The notes under the pieces are model-generated. The model was not told where the DNA came from and did no database searches. It was given only the letters and a program-made list of their open reading frames with translations. A DNA stretch of 64,000 nt from an uncultured Gammaproteobacteria bacterium (lineage in GTDB: Bacteria > Patescibacteriota > Microgenomatia > Levybacterales > UBA12049): the NCBI GenBank assembly GCA_964490105.1, contig CAZAZU010000001.1, forward strand, positions 306,361-370,360. Reading direction: 5' to 3'. The position numbers and the translations under genes were made by a program. Shown here in pieces: positions 40,380 to 49,997 of this stretch. Position 1 is the first letter of the stretch. Each line of letters opens with the position of its first letter.

Positions 40380-40820
40380 ATGATTAAGATTCCTCTATTT
40401 CTTCTTCTCTTTCTACTATCTGCTATTCCTGCTTTTGCCGAAAGCTCAAGTAAGGTTGAGATTAATAACCGGGTAAATGTGAACTCGGATTCATCAACTA
40501 ATACTAATTGCCAGACCAAGATAAGAACAGAAACAAATGGAAATGTTACCGAATTTGAGTCAGATGATTGTGCTGATATATCTACAAAAACTACAAATGG
40601 TAAATCTGAAATAAAAGTAAACGGTGAAGTAATAGTTATAACTGGTACTTATCAAAATCCAAACACCTCAGGAACTCCAACCCCCACAATAAATGAGGAC
40701 AAAGATAATGACAATATTAATGATAAACTAGAAGAGTCAATTAAGTTTGTGGAGGAAGAAAAAAGCCTTATTGAAACAATTGAGAATTTAATTAAGAAAG
40801 TTTTTTCCGTTTTTGACTAG
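40380..40820 (+). CDS. Secreted Thr/Asn-rich protein of unknown function
   Basis: Signal peptide MIKIPLFLLLFLLSAIPAFA with a predicted cleavage site after AFA. The internal ATG was chosen because the upstream part of the ORF is non-coding-like. Confidence 0.4.
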   Translation: MIKIPLFLLLFLLSAIPAFAESSSKVEINNRVNVNSDSSTNTNCQTKIRTETNGNVTEFESDDCADISTKTTNGKSEIKVNGEVIVITGTYQNPNTSGTPTPTINEDKDNDNINDKLEESIKFVEEEKSLIETIENLIKKVFSVFD

Positions 40821-43800
40821 ACCTAAAGGTTAAGTAATAAACTACCGGTATAAAGAAAAGCATTATAGTTCCCGAGAAAGTAAGACCTGCGATAATTGCT
40901 CCTCCCAGACCTCTCCACAATGGATCAGATAAGGTAATTGGCGTCAAACCTAAGATAGCTGTTAAAGACGTTAATGCGATCGCTTCAAGCCTGCTTGCTG
41001 CCCCCTCCGCAATTCCCTCAATGAAAGACATCTTTGTTTTTTCATTGGCCTGAATCTTATCTACGATTAAAATTGAATTCTTAACTACAATTCCGAATAA
41101 CGCTAGAACTCCGATTAACGCAGGGAAAGAAAGCGGTGTATTTGATAAAGCAAAAATAATAAATACTCCAGAAATTGAAAGCGGAATAACTAAAAGGACT
41201 ATAAAGGCTTTTCTAAATGATGAGAATTGTAAGACCATTGTAACTAGAATAAGTAAAAATGAAAGTATCATCGCAATTAAAATCGAATTAACAGATTCCT
41301 GATTTTCTTCGTTAACTCCACCTGTTTTCCATGAGTATCCTGATGGCAGATCCAGAGTATCCGCATATTGTTCAAGTTCTTTGTTCACATCTTGAATTGA
41401 GTAACCTTGTGTAACAGAAGCCGTCACAGAGATTGACCTCTTGGCATTTTCTCTAGTTATTAAAGTCGGACTGGTTGCCAACTCAAGTCTTCCAAGTGAA
41501 GTTAAAGGAATCTGTTCGCCGGTAACAGGGTTTGCTATCAATAGTTCATTAATGTTCTCGACAAATTGAGTGTCATCTGAAAATCTTAGCGTTATATCCT
41601 CCTCCGAGGAATCTTGGGCGTCAAATTTTACGCTTGATAGTTCAAGTCCGCTCGCATAAGTCCTTAGCGTTAATCCGATTTGCGAAGAAGATATAGAATT
41701 CTCAGCTAACTTTTGTTTATCCGGAATAAATGTGATCTTACTTGTTCCTGGCTTTATAGATTTATTTACATTAGCAGCTCCAGGCTTCGACTCTAAATAT
41801 GATGCGACCTCATCTGCGTATTTATCTAAAAGCGCTAAATCGTTTCCTAGTAATTTTATTTGGATGTCTGCTCCAGCTGGCGGTCCTCCGCTGGCTTCAT
41901 TTACGGAAAACTTCCCCTTGGAATAATCTGAGAATTGCTTTCTTATGTCCTCAGCTATTTCAAACGAACTTCTGTCCTTATCTTCTTCAAATACTAAAGT
42001 AAACAGAAAACTATTTGCTTCTGCCCCTCCTGCACCGCCAAATTCATCAGGAGCCTGACCTAGATTAAGTGAAACTGTTTCTACATCATCCTGTTTTTGA
42101 AGCTGAGAAAAAATATTAAGGGCCTCTTTTTTGGAAGTTTCAACATTTGTTCCAGGAGGAAGCTCTACGGAAACACTTAACTGATCAGCATCAGTCTTTG
42201 GGAAAAATTCATTCTTAACAAATCCTAATGGCACTAAAAGATATGAAAAAATTGAAAAAATCACTACTATTATTACAGTTGTTTTTAGCCATCTTTTTGA
42301 CGAAAGGATTTTAGTAATGAGTGCCTGATATCTGATGGATACGACTTCAAAACTAATAATACCTTGATCGAAGTATTTTCTATATTTTCTAGATGGTTTT
42401 GAAATTCTATTATCAAGTCCCTTAAAAGCAATGCTGCGAAGCTTATATAAAAGAAATAGAAATAATCCAAAGATTATGAATTCAACGAGTAACAATGGTG
42501 TTCTTCCTGAAATGGCAACTAGTGCTCCAGCTAAACCAACGGTAAAAAGAATTCCGAGTAATACTATTACTCTTTTTGGAGCTCTTGGCTTTAATAGATA
42601 GGCAATTATTGGAAGGGTAATAAACATTGCCACAAAGAATGATGCTATTAGGGTCGCTGATACTACAATTGGAATTGGTTTAATGAATTCCCCGATTATA
42701 CCTCCTGAAAGAAGTAACGGGATAAAAGCCCAAACTGTGGTTAAAGTCGTAGTGAAAATTGGGATGATGAAATCGCGCCAAACTAAAAGCCCTGTCTCTT
42801 GCGGAGTAAATTTTCCGGATCTATAGTAAGCAGTCATCGCTGAAATAACCACAATCGTGTCATCAACCAATAATCCCAAGGCTAAAAGAAGTGAAAAGAA
42901 AGAAATAAACGAAAGAGCAACTCCAAAAAAATTCATTATTCCAAAAGTGATTAAGAACGTTAAGGGGATCGAAATAGAAGCGACAACCGCCTGTCTTATT
43001 CCTAAGAAAATAAATAAAGCTATAAACACCAACGTAATAGTTAAAATAAAGTCACGAATTAATTCGTTAAATTGATCATCAATTTCCTTGGATACATCTG
43101 AAGTTGTAAAAATACTAAATTGACCATCGTACAACCCTAAAACCTCATCCGTTACTTCTTTCGCATCCTCTGCGGTAGCGCTTATATTGGCGTTCTCTGT
43201 TTTATAAATAGAAAAACTAACTGCTTGACCTGCCGGCTCCTTATGATCTGCTACAAAACTTTGAAGCTGTGAAGGCTTGGACCTTTTAGATACTGTCGCT
43301 ATATCGGAAAGATTTACAATGGCACTTCCCGAGTTAACTTTTATGTTTCTGATATCATCAATGTTAGTAAGTGCAGGATCTATGCTAAGAGTAAAACTTG
43401 ATGAATCAGTCTTTAACGTTCCTGCCGGGAAAGACTTAGACGCATTTGATAGTGCACCCATTAAAGTCTGGGGATTAAACCCATAAGTGGAAATAGCCTC
43501 TGGCTTTAAAACAATTTGAATCTCCTGCTCCTCAAGCCCCGAAATCCTAACCTGATCCACAGTGGAAATTGCCTCAAGCCTGTCTCTTAGAGTCTTTGAG
43601 AGCGTAATAAGAGATGCTGCATCACCCGTTTTACTTGTTAATGAAAACGACCAAACAGGAAATTGCTCAAAATCCACCTTGGTGGTGTTTGGTTTTTGAG
43701 CGTCAGCGGGTAAAGTTACAGAATCTACTGCTGCCTTTGTGTCACTCGCGGCTTTATCTGCATCTACCCCGGTGTTAAATTCAATCTGAATTAGAGAAAC

Positions 43801-44112
43801 AGAATCTCGGGAAGTAGAAGTAAAGGTTTTAATGTTCGAAACTCCGCCAATCTCATCCTCTAATGGATCTGTAACAAGCGATTCAACATCTGCAGGATTT
43901 GCTCCCGGTAGAACTGTACTGACAACTACATAAGGGATTTTTATTTCAGGATTAAGTCTCCTAGGAATACTCTTATAACTAAAAGCTCCGAAAGTTATGA
44001 TTATGATAAGGAGTAATACTAAAAGTCTTGGATTGGCTAAATACTTAGCTTGTATAGATGTAGCTAATTTTTTATCAAAGTGAAGATGTTTAAGATATGA
44101 CGCATGTTTCAT
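40792..44112 (-). CDS. RND family efflux transporter permease (AcrB/AcrD/AcrF-like)
   Basis: 1106 aa with a 12-TM architecture and two large periplasmic loops. It is translationally coupled to the adaptor gene upstream. Confidence 0.8.
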   Translation of the reverse strand: MKHASYLKHLHFDKKLATSIQAKYLANPRLLVLLLIIIITFGAFSYKSIPRRLNPEIKIPYVVVSTVLPGANPADVESLVTDPLEDEIGGVSNIKTFTSTSRDSVSLIQIEFNTGVDADKAASDTKAAVDSVTLPADAQKPNTTKVDFEQFPVWSFSLTSKTGDAASLITLSKTLRDRLEAISTVDQVRISGLEEQEIQIVLKPEAISTYGFNPQTLMGALSNASKSFPAGTLKTDSSSFTLSIDPALTNIDDIRNIKVNSGSAIVNLSDIATVSKRSKPSQLQSFVADHKEPAGQAVSFSIYKTENANISATAEDAKEVTDEVLGLYDGQFSIFTTSDVSKEIDDQFNELIRDFILTITLVFIALFIFLGIRQAVVASISIPLTFLITFGIMNFFGVALSFISFFSLLLALGLLVDDTIVVISAMTAYYRSGKFTPQETGLLVWRDFIIPIFTTTLTTVWAFIPLLLSGGIIGEFIKPIPIVVSATLIASFFVAMFITLPIIAYLLKPRAPKRVIVLLGILFTVGLAGALVAISGRTPLLLVEFIIFGLFLFLLYKLRSIAFKGLDNRISKPSRKYRKYFDQGIISFEVVSIRYQALITKILSSKRWLKTTVIIVVIFSIFSYLLVPLGFVKNEFFPKTDADQLSVSVELPPGTNVETSKKEALNIFSQLQKQDDVETVSLNLGQAPDEFGGAGGAEANSFLFTLVFEEDKDRSSFEIAEDIRKQFSDYSKGKFSVNEASGGPPAGADIQIKLLGNDLALLDKYADEVASYLESKPGAANVNKSIKPGTSKITFIPDKQKLAENSISSSQIGLTLRTYASGLELSSVKFDAQDSSEEDITLRFSDDTQFVENINELLIANPVTGEQIPLTSLGRLELATSPTLITRENAKRSISVTASVTQGYSIQDVNKELEQYADTLDLPSGYSWKTGGVNEENQESVNSILIAMILSFLLILVTMVLQFSSFRKAFIVLLVIPLSISGVFIIFALSNTPLSFPALIGVLALFGIVVKNSILIVDKIQANEKTKMSFIEGIAEGAASRLEAIALTSLTAILGLTPITLSDPLWRGLGGAIIAGLTFSGTIMLFFIPVVYYLTFRSSQKRKKLS

Positions 44113-44116
44113 TCAG

Positions 44117-45616
44117 TTAATTAATTGGCTTTACCGGATCTCCCTGGATCACATTTCTATTAAGAATAACTTGATCAGATTCCGATAATCCTTTTGTCAC
44201 CTCAACAAAGCGTCCTACAACTTGTCCAAGGCTTACTTTTCTACTTTCCGCTTTTCCATTCTTAACTACAAACAAATATGCCTGATCTTGAGTCTGGAAA
44301 ACTGAATCAATTGGCACAAATGGAATAACACTTCCCGTATTTGGGAAATCTACTGGAATCTCGATTGTGATATATCCTTTGTCGGTTACGAACGAAGCAT
44401 ATTCAGCGGGAATTGCGTATTGAGCTGTGTAAAGTGAACCATCAGTCGCTTCTTTGGAAACATAAAACGGCACCGACTCAAATGACTCGCTTCCTACATG
44501 AAGAGTTGATGCGCTGGCTCTGCCGACCCCTTGAGCAACTTCTCGATTTAGAAAAGCTACAGCGATCAGACTTTCAGATGCGCCTGAAACTTGAGCTATT
44601 GGCATTCCAGGAGAAAGAACCTGTCCTTCTCTCACAAAAATTCTCTCCACCACACCCGCAACTGGACTTGCTGGATACATAAGAGCTTCATTAATTTGAG
44701 CTAGTGTAAGACTAAGGCGTGTTACCTCCAGATTAAGACCAAGGGCTTTTTTCTGAATTTCCAGCTGCTTTACAGCAATGTCTTTTGATAGATTAGAGAT
44801 TTCTGCTGGAATCTTATCAGACGACCCGCTGTATTCAGAAGCTCTAAGACCTGCTTCTAACTGACTGTTTCCAGACATGAGCTGACTTCTCAATTGTTTT
44901 GTTTGTAGAATCGCCGAATCATTTGCTCCGCCCACATTTGTAGCCTCCAGTTCATTCTGTTGCGCCTCAAGGGTAGTTAGTATTTCATTGTTAAGCCCGA
45001 TTAAACTTCTGGTAGACTCAAGCGATTGATTACTAATACTTCGAAGTTCATCCGCATTTTGATCTGATTTTTCTGCTAATTCTTTCTGCTTATCAATTAA
45101 TTCAACATTTGTTTTATACGTATCTTTTGCATTTTTATATTGGGCTCCCGCCAACTGCCTTTGAACCGAAAAAGCATTTCCCCCCTGATAATTCGTAGAC
45201 ATTGATATTAAGTTTGTACCCGCTCCTATTTCTTGGCCTACTTCAACATTTATACTTTGTACTACTCCAGCCCCAAGAGATACTACTCTAATAACTCCTG
45301 ATTTTTCGACCTGCGCTTGAACTGTAATCTTCGGAGACTGACCTATCGTATACACCTCTACCTCTTTTGTTGGGAGAGAAGTCTCAGTGGCTTCTGGTTT
45401 TGGTTTATTAATAACGTTACTGATTATGATCAAACCTAGAAGCATTAATAGAAGTCCAAGAAATGTAGCAACCGGTCGCTTTTCTGCGTGACCTATAAAT
45501 TTTTTGTAGTAAACTTTTCTTTTTTTATTTGCGATTTCCAAACGAGGACTTAATGTTTTTCGCGCTTTAAGATAATTTTTTCTAACAGACTTATATAAGT
45601 TATTTAATAAATTCAT
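44117..45616 (-). CDS. Efflux RND periplasmic adaptor subunit (HlyD/MFP family)
   Basis: N-terminal TM anchor, coiled-coil-rich middle and beta-barrel C-terminus. Operonic with the RND permease. Confidence 0.65.
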   Translation of the reverse strand: MNLLNNLYKSVRKNYLKARKTLSPRLEIANKKRKVYYKKFIGHAEKRPVATFLGLLLMLLGLIIISNVINKPKPEATETSLPTKEVEVYTIGQSPKITVQAQVEKSGVIRVVSLGAGVVQSINVEVGQEIGAGTNLISMSTNYQGGNAFSVQRQLAGAQYKNAKDTYKTNVELIDKQKELAEKSDQNADELRSISNQSLESTRSLIGLNNEILTTLEAQQNELEATNVGGANDSAILQTKQLRSQLMSGNSQLEAGLRASEYSGSSDKIPAEISNLSKDIAVKQLEIQKKALGLNLEVTRLSLTLAQINEALMYPASPVAGVVERIFVREGQVLSPGMPIAQVSGASESLIAVAFLNREVAQGVGRASASTLHVGSESFESVPFYVSKEATDGSLYTAQYAIPAEYASFVTDKGYITIEIPVDFPNTGSVIPFVPIDSVFQTQDQAYLFVVKNGKAESRKVSLGQVVGRFVEVTKGLSESDQVILNRNVIQGDPVKPIN

Positions 45617-45721
45617 TTTTGAGGGTTTAGCCTGAATTATTTAGGCACACCCTGAAGGGCAAGTCGAGGCAGATTGAGGCAGGAGAAGATTATATTAAAG
45701 CTTAAGCCTAAAGTCAATTAA

Positions 45722-46204
45722 TTAGTGTACCCTTGACTGAGGCCTCATCGGAAAATCTACATTTGCACTCGCATGCTGCAAATTTTCAGATACAGGTGAT
45801 ACGCTCAATTGTCCTAATGCAGCGATTACCAAAGGATCTAATTCCATTTCTTTTGTCCTTTGACCAAATAGTCTAATGTCAGCTACTTTTGGCGAGCTGC
45901 CTTCCCAGTTAGCACTTGCCATTCCAGCCATAACAATATCATCATTTCTTAAAACAACAATAGTTAAAAAGTGTGGCTTCAAAGATACTGTTCCAAGGGG
46001 CATAACTTGCGCAATGTAATCGATGGGGCCGTCTTCATTAAATCGAAAACTTCCTTCAAAACTTGTGGCACTTCTACCAGCTATGCGATTTTTTACATAT
46101 ACAAGGCTAAAAAGCGATTCCCATTGTCTCTCTGCTTGACTGGCAAGCTCAAGCTGAAGAATTCCGATTCTTTCTCCCTTAGGACCATTTTCTCTGCTAC
46201 CCAT
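45722..46204 (-). CDS. Hypothetical protein (160 aa, no signal peptide) in the GC-rich island
   Basis: ORF with coding-like composition and no recognisable family. Confidence 0.4.
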   Translation of the reverse strand: MGSRENGPKGERIGILQLELASQAERQWESLFSLVYVKNRIAGRSATSFEGSFRFNEDGPIDYIAQVMPLGTVSLKPHFLTIVVLRNDDIVMAGMASANWEGSSPKVADIRLFGQRTKEMELDPLVIAALGQLSVSPVSENLQHASANVDFPMRPQSRVH

Positions 46205-46235
46205 AGGCTGGGATTATAACACAACTAAATTCTGG

Positions 46236-46260
46236 CCTCGCAAGGGGACGCCTTGCGAGG
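46236..46260. promoter_or_regulatory. Perfect 10-bp GC-rich inverted repeat (cctcgcaagg ggacg ccttgcgagg) between divergent island genes
   Basis: Seen directly: a 10-bp stem and 5-nt loop. It lies 32 nt upstream of the minus-strand ORF start and 36 nt upstream of the plus-strand -35 element. Confidence 0.5.
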
Positions 46261-46295
46261 CTAACTCATCAAGATCAGATAATATTACGAGGCTG

Positions 46296-46324
46296 TTGAT
46301 TTACTACGGGGCGTCCTGTATAAT
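46296..46324 (+). promoter_or_regulatory. Near-consensus sigma70-type promoter (TTGATT-17-TATAAT) abutting the ATG of the Tat-signal ORF. This implies a leaderless transcript.
   Basis: TTGATT is at 46296-46301 and TATAAT at 46319-46324, with a 17-nt spacer. The ATG at 46333 is 8 nt downstream of the -10. Confidence 0.45.
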
Positions 46325-46332
46325 TGCGCCTT

Positions 46333-47358
46333 ATGCAAATTAGAGAACAAGGTGTCACACAAGCACAATATTCTAGAAGAGAAGTCCTAGAAAAATCTGC
46401 AAGAACCGCAGCTGTAATGGTAATGATGCCACTTGCCGCAGGCGCTATAGAAGGCTGCGGCCAAACAGGCACTTCAAGTGAAGTTTATCGTGGGCCTTTC
46501 AACGAACTCGAAGGAAGACCTCTTATAACCGATGAAAGATTTAAAGCTTTAAAAGATGCCCTAGTGGGTTCAGGTGATCCGCTCCTTGGAAAAATCGGAA
46601 AAGATGCAGCTAACTTAAAAAGCGGTAATGTAGATCTTAGCGAATTCCCCGACTTCGTAAATCCATCAACCTTTCCAATGGTTATCACTAGAGATATGTC
46701 AGGCCAATCTCTTGCTGCACTAAACTCTGATGGCGAAGAAAGCGATGGATTTTTACTCGGTAATGAATCAGGTATGAGAGAAATTAAGTTTATTAAGCCA
46801 CTTTCAGTTGCAGTAAATGTAGGATCTGATTCAGTGCTAGATAAATCTGATCCTATTGAAGAATCATTATTTCTAGCAAAAGAGACTTTAAATTTAATGC
46901 TAGATACTCAAGTATTTGCAGAAGTTGATCAGCTTCTTATTCCCGTAGATCAAGCACTTTATAATTCTAACGGCACTCCTATTACAGATAGGGACACTGT
47001 TGAGCGAGCTGGATATTCTGTAGGATTCCGCGAAATGTCAGCAAAAGATTCTCAGTTATCAGCAGTTTTAGATATTGCTCCAGCTTTAATTATGGCTCCT
47101 TCAATTATAAGGCTCCTTGATTCAGGGAAAATTTCACTGGGAAGTGAACCTCTTGGTAACTTCTTTACTGTTGCGGATTATGTAATGAGTAATCCAGCTC
47201 TTTATGAACTTTGCATTAGACTTAACGAAACCTGGGCAAATTCTGATAGAGTAACTGGACCCGAGGCATTTGTTTTTGAGCTTGTTCAACCAGCAATTCT
47301 AGATGCCATAACTGCAATTCAAGGAAGATTATACACCGGCCAGCCTCAATCCAACTAA
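46333..47358 (+). CDS. Hypothetical exported protein with a Tat-like signal peptide
   Basis: N-terminus ...YSRREVLEKSARTAAVMVMMPLAAGAIEG. The RR-x-hydrophobic motif, then a hydrophobic stretch and an AxA-like site, fit a Tat signal. Confidence 0.45.
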   Translation: MQIREQGVTQAQYSRREVLEKSARTAAVMVMMPLAAGAIEGCGQTGTSSEVYRGPFNELEGRPLITDERFKALKDALVGSGDPLLGKIGKDAANLKSGNVDLSEFPDFVNPSTFPMVITRDMSGQSLAALNSDGEESDGFLLGNESGMREIKFIKPLSVAVNVGSDSVLDKSDPIEESLFLAKETLNLMLDTQVFAEVDQLLIPVDQALYNSNGTPITDRDTVERAGYSVGFREMSAKDSQLSAVLDIAPALIMAPSIIRLLDSGKISLGSEPLGNFFTVADYVMSNPALYELCIRLNETWANSDRVTGPEAFVFELVQPAILDAITAIQGRLYTGQPQSN

Positions 47359-47373
47359 CTTTTAAATGGGCAA

Positions 47374-47402
47374 AAGCCTACCGGTTAAAGTAGGCTTTTT
47401 TA
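47374..47402 (+). terminator. Rho-independent terminator downstream of ORF 46333-47358
   Basis: Stem aagcctac (47374-47381)/gtaggctt (47390-47397), loop cggttaaa, followed by TTTTTT. Confidence 0.55.
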
Positions 47403-47418
47403 AGAAACAAGACTAAGC

Positions 47419-48474
47419 TTAGAAAATCATACTTTGATCGTGTCCGTTATTCTTTTCTGGCTTATCTTTTTTATCCTTTTTATCAGGCTTACTATTATCC
47501 TTATGTTTTTCTACATAAGAAACACAAGCTCCCTGATTTTTGAATGATGGATTATTAAATTTCTCCCATCCACCGTTCTTGCACTCATTTTTAGAAGTTG
47601 GCGGTCCAACTAAAACAGGTCCGCTTAATAAACTTAAATTGTCGATTAAGAAACCATTTCCTAATGTAGCAGGAGCAGCTGTTCCTCCAGTTCTAAATAA
47701 AAGTGAGTCAACTGGGCGTGTTGGATTCCCTTCACAATATCTAAAGTAATCTTCCCAGCTTGTTCCTGTGTGCTTTAACACTCCGTCTACGTAGATTTTT
47801 ACAACGTCATTTCTTTCTCCGTCTACAAAATCTACTGAGAACTTAATAGAGTGTGGAGCTGATCTAGATATTGTTGCTATATCGGTCTCTATGAAATCAT
47901 CACCGACTCCGCAACCATTCGTGCTGTCTCCAACTGATCCGCCGAATGGCGCTATATCTTGATAATCATCGAAGAAAACATGTATTCCGTCAGCTTGATC
48001 CTCAAATCTTAAATAGCTCATTCTTGCTCCGTCTCCCCTATCAGGAGATACGGACATTACGAGTCCTACTTGTTGAGATCCTGGAACTGCTGAAGCTATA
48101 GAAAATTCACTTTCGAAGTGTCCTTGTCTTACTCCTCCGCTCATACCGTTATTTACTGCTGAAGTTTCTCCAGCCTCATTACTTAGAGACTTTGAAAATG
48201 TTTGATCACCAAAACATCCGCTTGTAACTCCATTTGAAATTCTAAATGATTGTGCTCCAAAAGCGGCATATCCATAAGAATTTACAGAGACAGAGTGATC
48301 GTAAATTGCACATCCAGACCCTGCAGCTCCTGTACTGCTCCATCCATCTTGAGCGTTAATTACACCGAGATTGTATGGTGGATTTTCGAAATTAACTGAA
48401 AGAGAGTCAGCCGAAGCGGATCTTGCTAGAAGGAAAAATGACAAAACAAAGAAAACTGAAATAATTTTTTTCAT
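47419..48474 (-). CDS. Secreted protein of unknown function with a Lys/Asp-rich C-terminal tail
   Basis: Sec signal MKKIISVFFVLSFFLLARSASA. A strong SD (AAGGGGGTG) lies 8 nt upstream of this ATG. The ORF-track GTG at 48483 is less likely. Confidence 0.5.
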   Translation of the reverse strand: MKKIISVFFVLSFFLLARSASADSLSVNFENPPYNLGVINAQDGWSSTGAAGSGCAIYDHSVSVNSYGYAAFGAQSFRISNGVTSGCFGDQTFSKSLSNEAGETSAVNNGMSGGVRQGHFESEFSIASAVPGSQQVGLVMSVSPDRGDGARMSYLRFEDQADGIHVFFDDYQDIAPFGGSVGDSTNGCGVGDDFIETDIATISRSAPHSIKFSVDFVDGERNDVVKIYVDGVLKHTGTSWEDYFRYCEGNPTRPVDSLLFRTGGTAAPATLGNGFLIDNLSLLSGPVLVGPPTSKNECKNGGWEKFNNPSFKNQGACVSYVEKHKDNSKPDKKDKKDKPEKNNGHDQSMIF

Positions 48475-48566
48475 TATATTCACCCCCTTTCTTATGATTG
48501 GACTATAACAGATTGCTATATCAAGATAAATAGCACAATATGATCTAAATAGGATCAGTATTCTGA

Positions 48567-49958
48567 TTAATTTTTCGTTAGTATTTTTATCTTTTTTTCG
48601 TTACGGGGGTCCATTATGAATTTATTTAATATTCTATAGGTATCATAATCAAATCTATATTCTTTTCGAAGTGACTCTAAATCAAACGATTCATCTTTAA
48701 TACTTCCCAAATAACACCATTTATCTATCACATGCGACTCCTCCCTCTCCCCAAGTTCTTTTATAATGATTGGATTATCAAACCTCCAAGGTCTAATTTT
48801 TTTATTATAAAAACCCTCATCAAAACGAATATTATATTTCAAATTATTCTCCAATCCATTACATGCCCCTTTACATTGTCCTAAATGAAAATAAAAACAA
48901 AGTCCCTTGCCTTTTTCAAGACCGAGCAAACGAGGACATAAAGAATATTCCTTAGCGACTTTATGCAAAAATTCTTTTGTTTGTTTTATAGATTTGAAAA
49001 CTCCCAAAATATTTTCAATTTCACTGATATCGATTTCATCTAGTATTTTTATATCCACGCCGTTAAATCCATTCTCATTTGTAGTTCTTAAAAGAATAGG
49101 AAGCTTTCTGGACTCACGAAGAAGTCTATTAAACAAAGGCTTTTGCTCTTTAATAAGAGTCGACTCTAAAAGAAGCGCCCCAAGTTCCCCTGCAGTCTCG
49201 ATAAACTCTATGCTTCTTACTTCTCTACTTATTTTCATGTCAGTAGTTGAAAGATGATCATTTGAAAAATGCGATAAAACTCTATCTCTTATATTTATAC
49301 TTTTGCCGATATAGAGAACTGATCCATTTTCTCCATAAAAAATGTAGACTCCGGGATTTTCTGGAATTGTATCGAAAAATGCAGGGTCTATATTTGCGGG
49401 AAGTGTTGGCTTCTTCATAACAATCCCAATCGCCTGTTCGAAAAGATCCGGCTTTATAGAACCTTGAGCTTTCTGATAAAACTCCCATAAAACTTTTGCG
49501 TCATCAAATGCTCTGTGACGGTTCTCACATTTAATGTTAAAGTTTTGAATGATCGCATCAAGGTTATATCTTTTCTGATTTGGATAAAGAAGACGAGCGA
49601 GTTTTACTGTGCAAAAATGTTTGGAGGAGAATTTAACACCATATCTTTTAAATTCATTTCTAATAAATCCATAATCAAACCGCACGTTATGTGCGACAAA
49701 TATGGAATCTTCAAGAAGCGCAGAAAGCTCATCTTTTATTTCTTCAAATGTAGGCGCTTTCTCAAGAGCAGTTGCACTAATACCAGTCATAGATTGAATA
49801 AAAGGATCTACGTAAGTTTGGGGATTAACTAAAGTTTTAAACTCTTTTACTAATTCTCCTTCAACTACTTTTAAAACTCCGACTTCAATTATTCTATTAT
49901 ATGAAGCATTCAGGCCTGTGGTTTCTGTATCTATAAAACAGATGGACTTTGGCAGCAT
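48567..49958 (-). CDS. DEDDh 3-prime-5-prime exonuclease (DnaQ-like) fused to a GIY-YIG nuclease domain (Cho/UvrC-like)
   Basis: N-terminus FIDTETTGL (Exo I), HNVRFDY and HRAFDDA motifs. C-terminus GIY-YIG: PGVYIFYGENGSVLYIGKSINIRDRVLSHF. Confidence 0.7.
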   Translation of the reverse strand: MLPKSICFIDTETTGLNASYNRIIEVGVLKVVEGELVKEFKTLVNPQTYVDPFIQSMTGISATALEKAPTFEEIKDELSALLEDSIFVAHNVRFDYGFIRNEFKRYGVKFSSKHFCTVKLARLLYPNQKRYNLDAIIQNFNIKCENRHRAFDDAKVLWEFYQKAQGSIKPDLFEQAIGIVMKKPTLPANIDPAFFDTIPENPGVYIFYGENGSVLYIGKSINIRDRVLSHFSNDHLSTTDMKISREVRSIEFIETAGELGALLLESTLIKEQKPLFNRLLRESRKLPILLRTTNENGFNGVDIKILDEIDISEIENILGVFKSIKQTKEFLHKVAKEYSLCPRLLGLEKGKGLCFYFHLGQCKGACNGLENNLKYNIRFDEGFYNKKIRPWRFDNPIIIKELGEREESHVIDKWCYLGSIKDESFDLESLRKEYRFDYDTYRILNKFIMDPRNEKKIKILTKN

Positions 49959-49997
49959 AGGAACTATACTTTAGCATTTCGCGACTTTTGCTTCAAG

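Larger units (their letters stand above)
45617..48566. other. Compositionally distinct (higher GC, about 42-45% by eye) island of three ORFs, likely horizontally acquired
   Basis: GC content clearly exceeds the roughly 30% flanks. Codon usage shifts to G/C-ending codons. The encoded proteins have no assignable family. Confidence 0.5.

Noticed and set aside
46324-46332. ORF-track start (TTG at 46324) for the Tat-signal protein.
   Set aside because: This start would overlap the perfect TATAAT -10 hexamer. The ATG at 46333 with a leaderless transcript is more parsimonious, although both starts remain possible.
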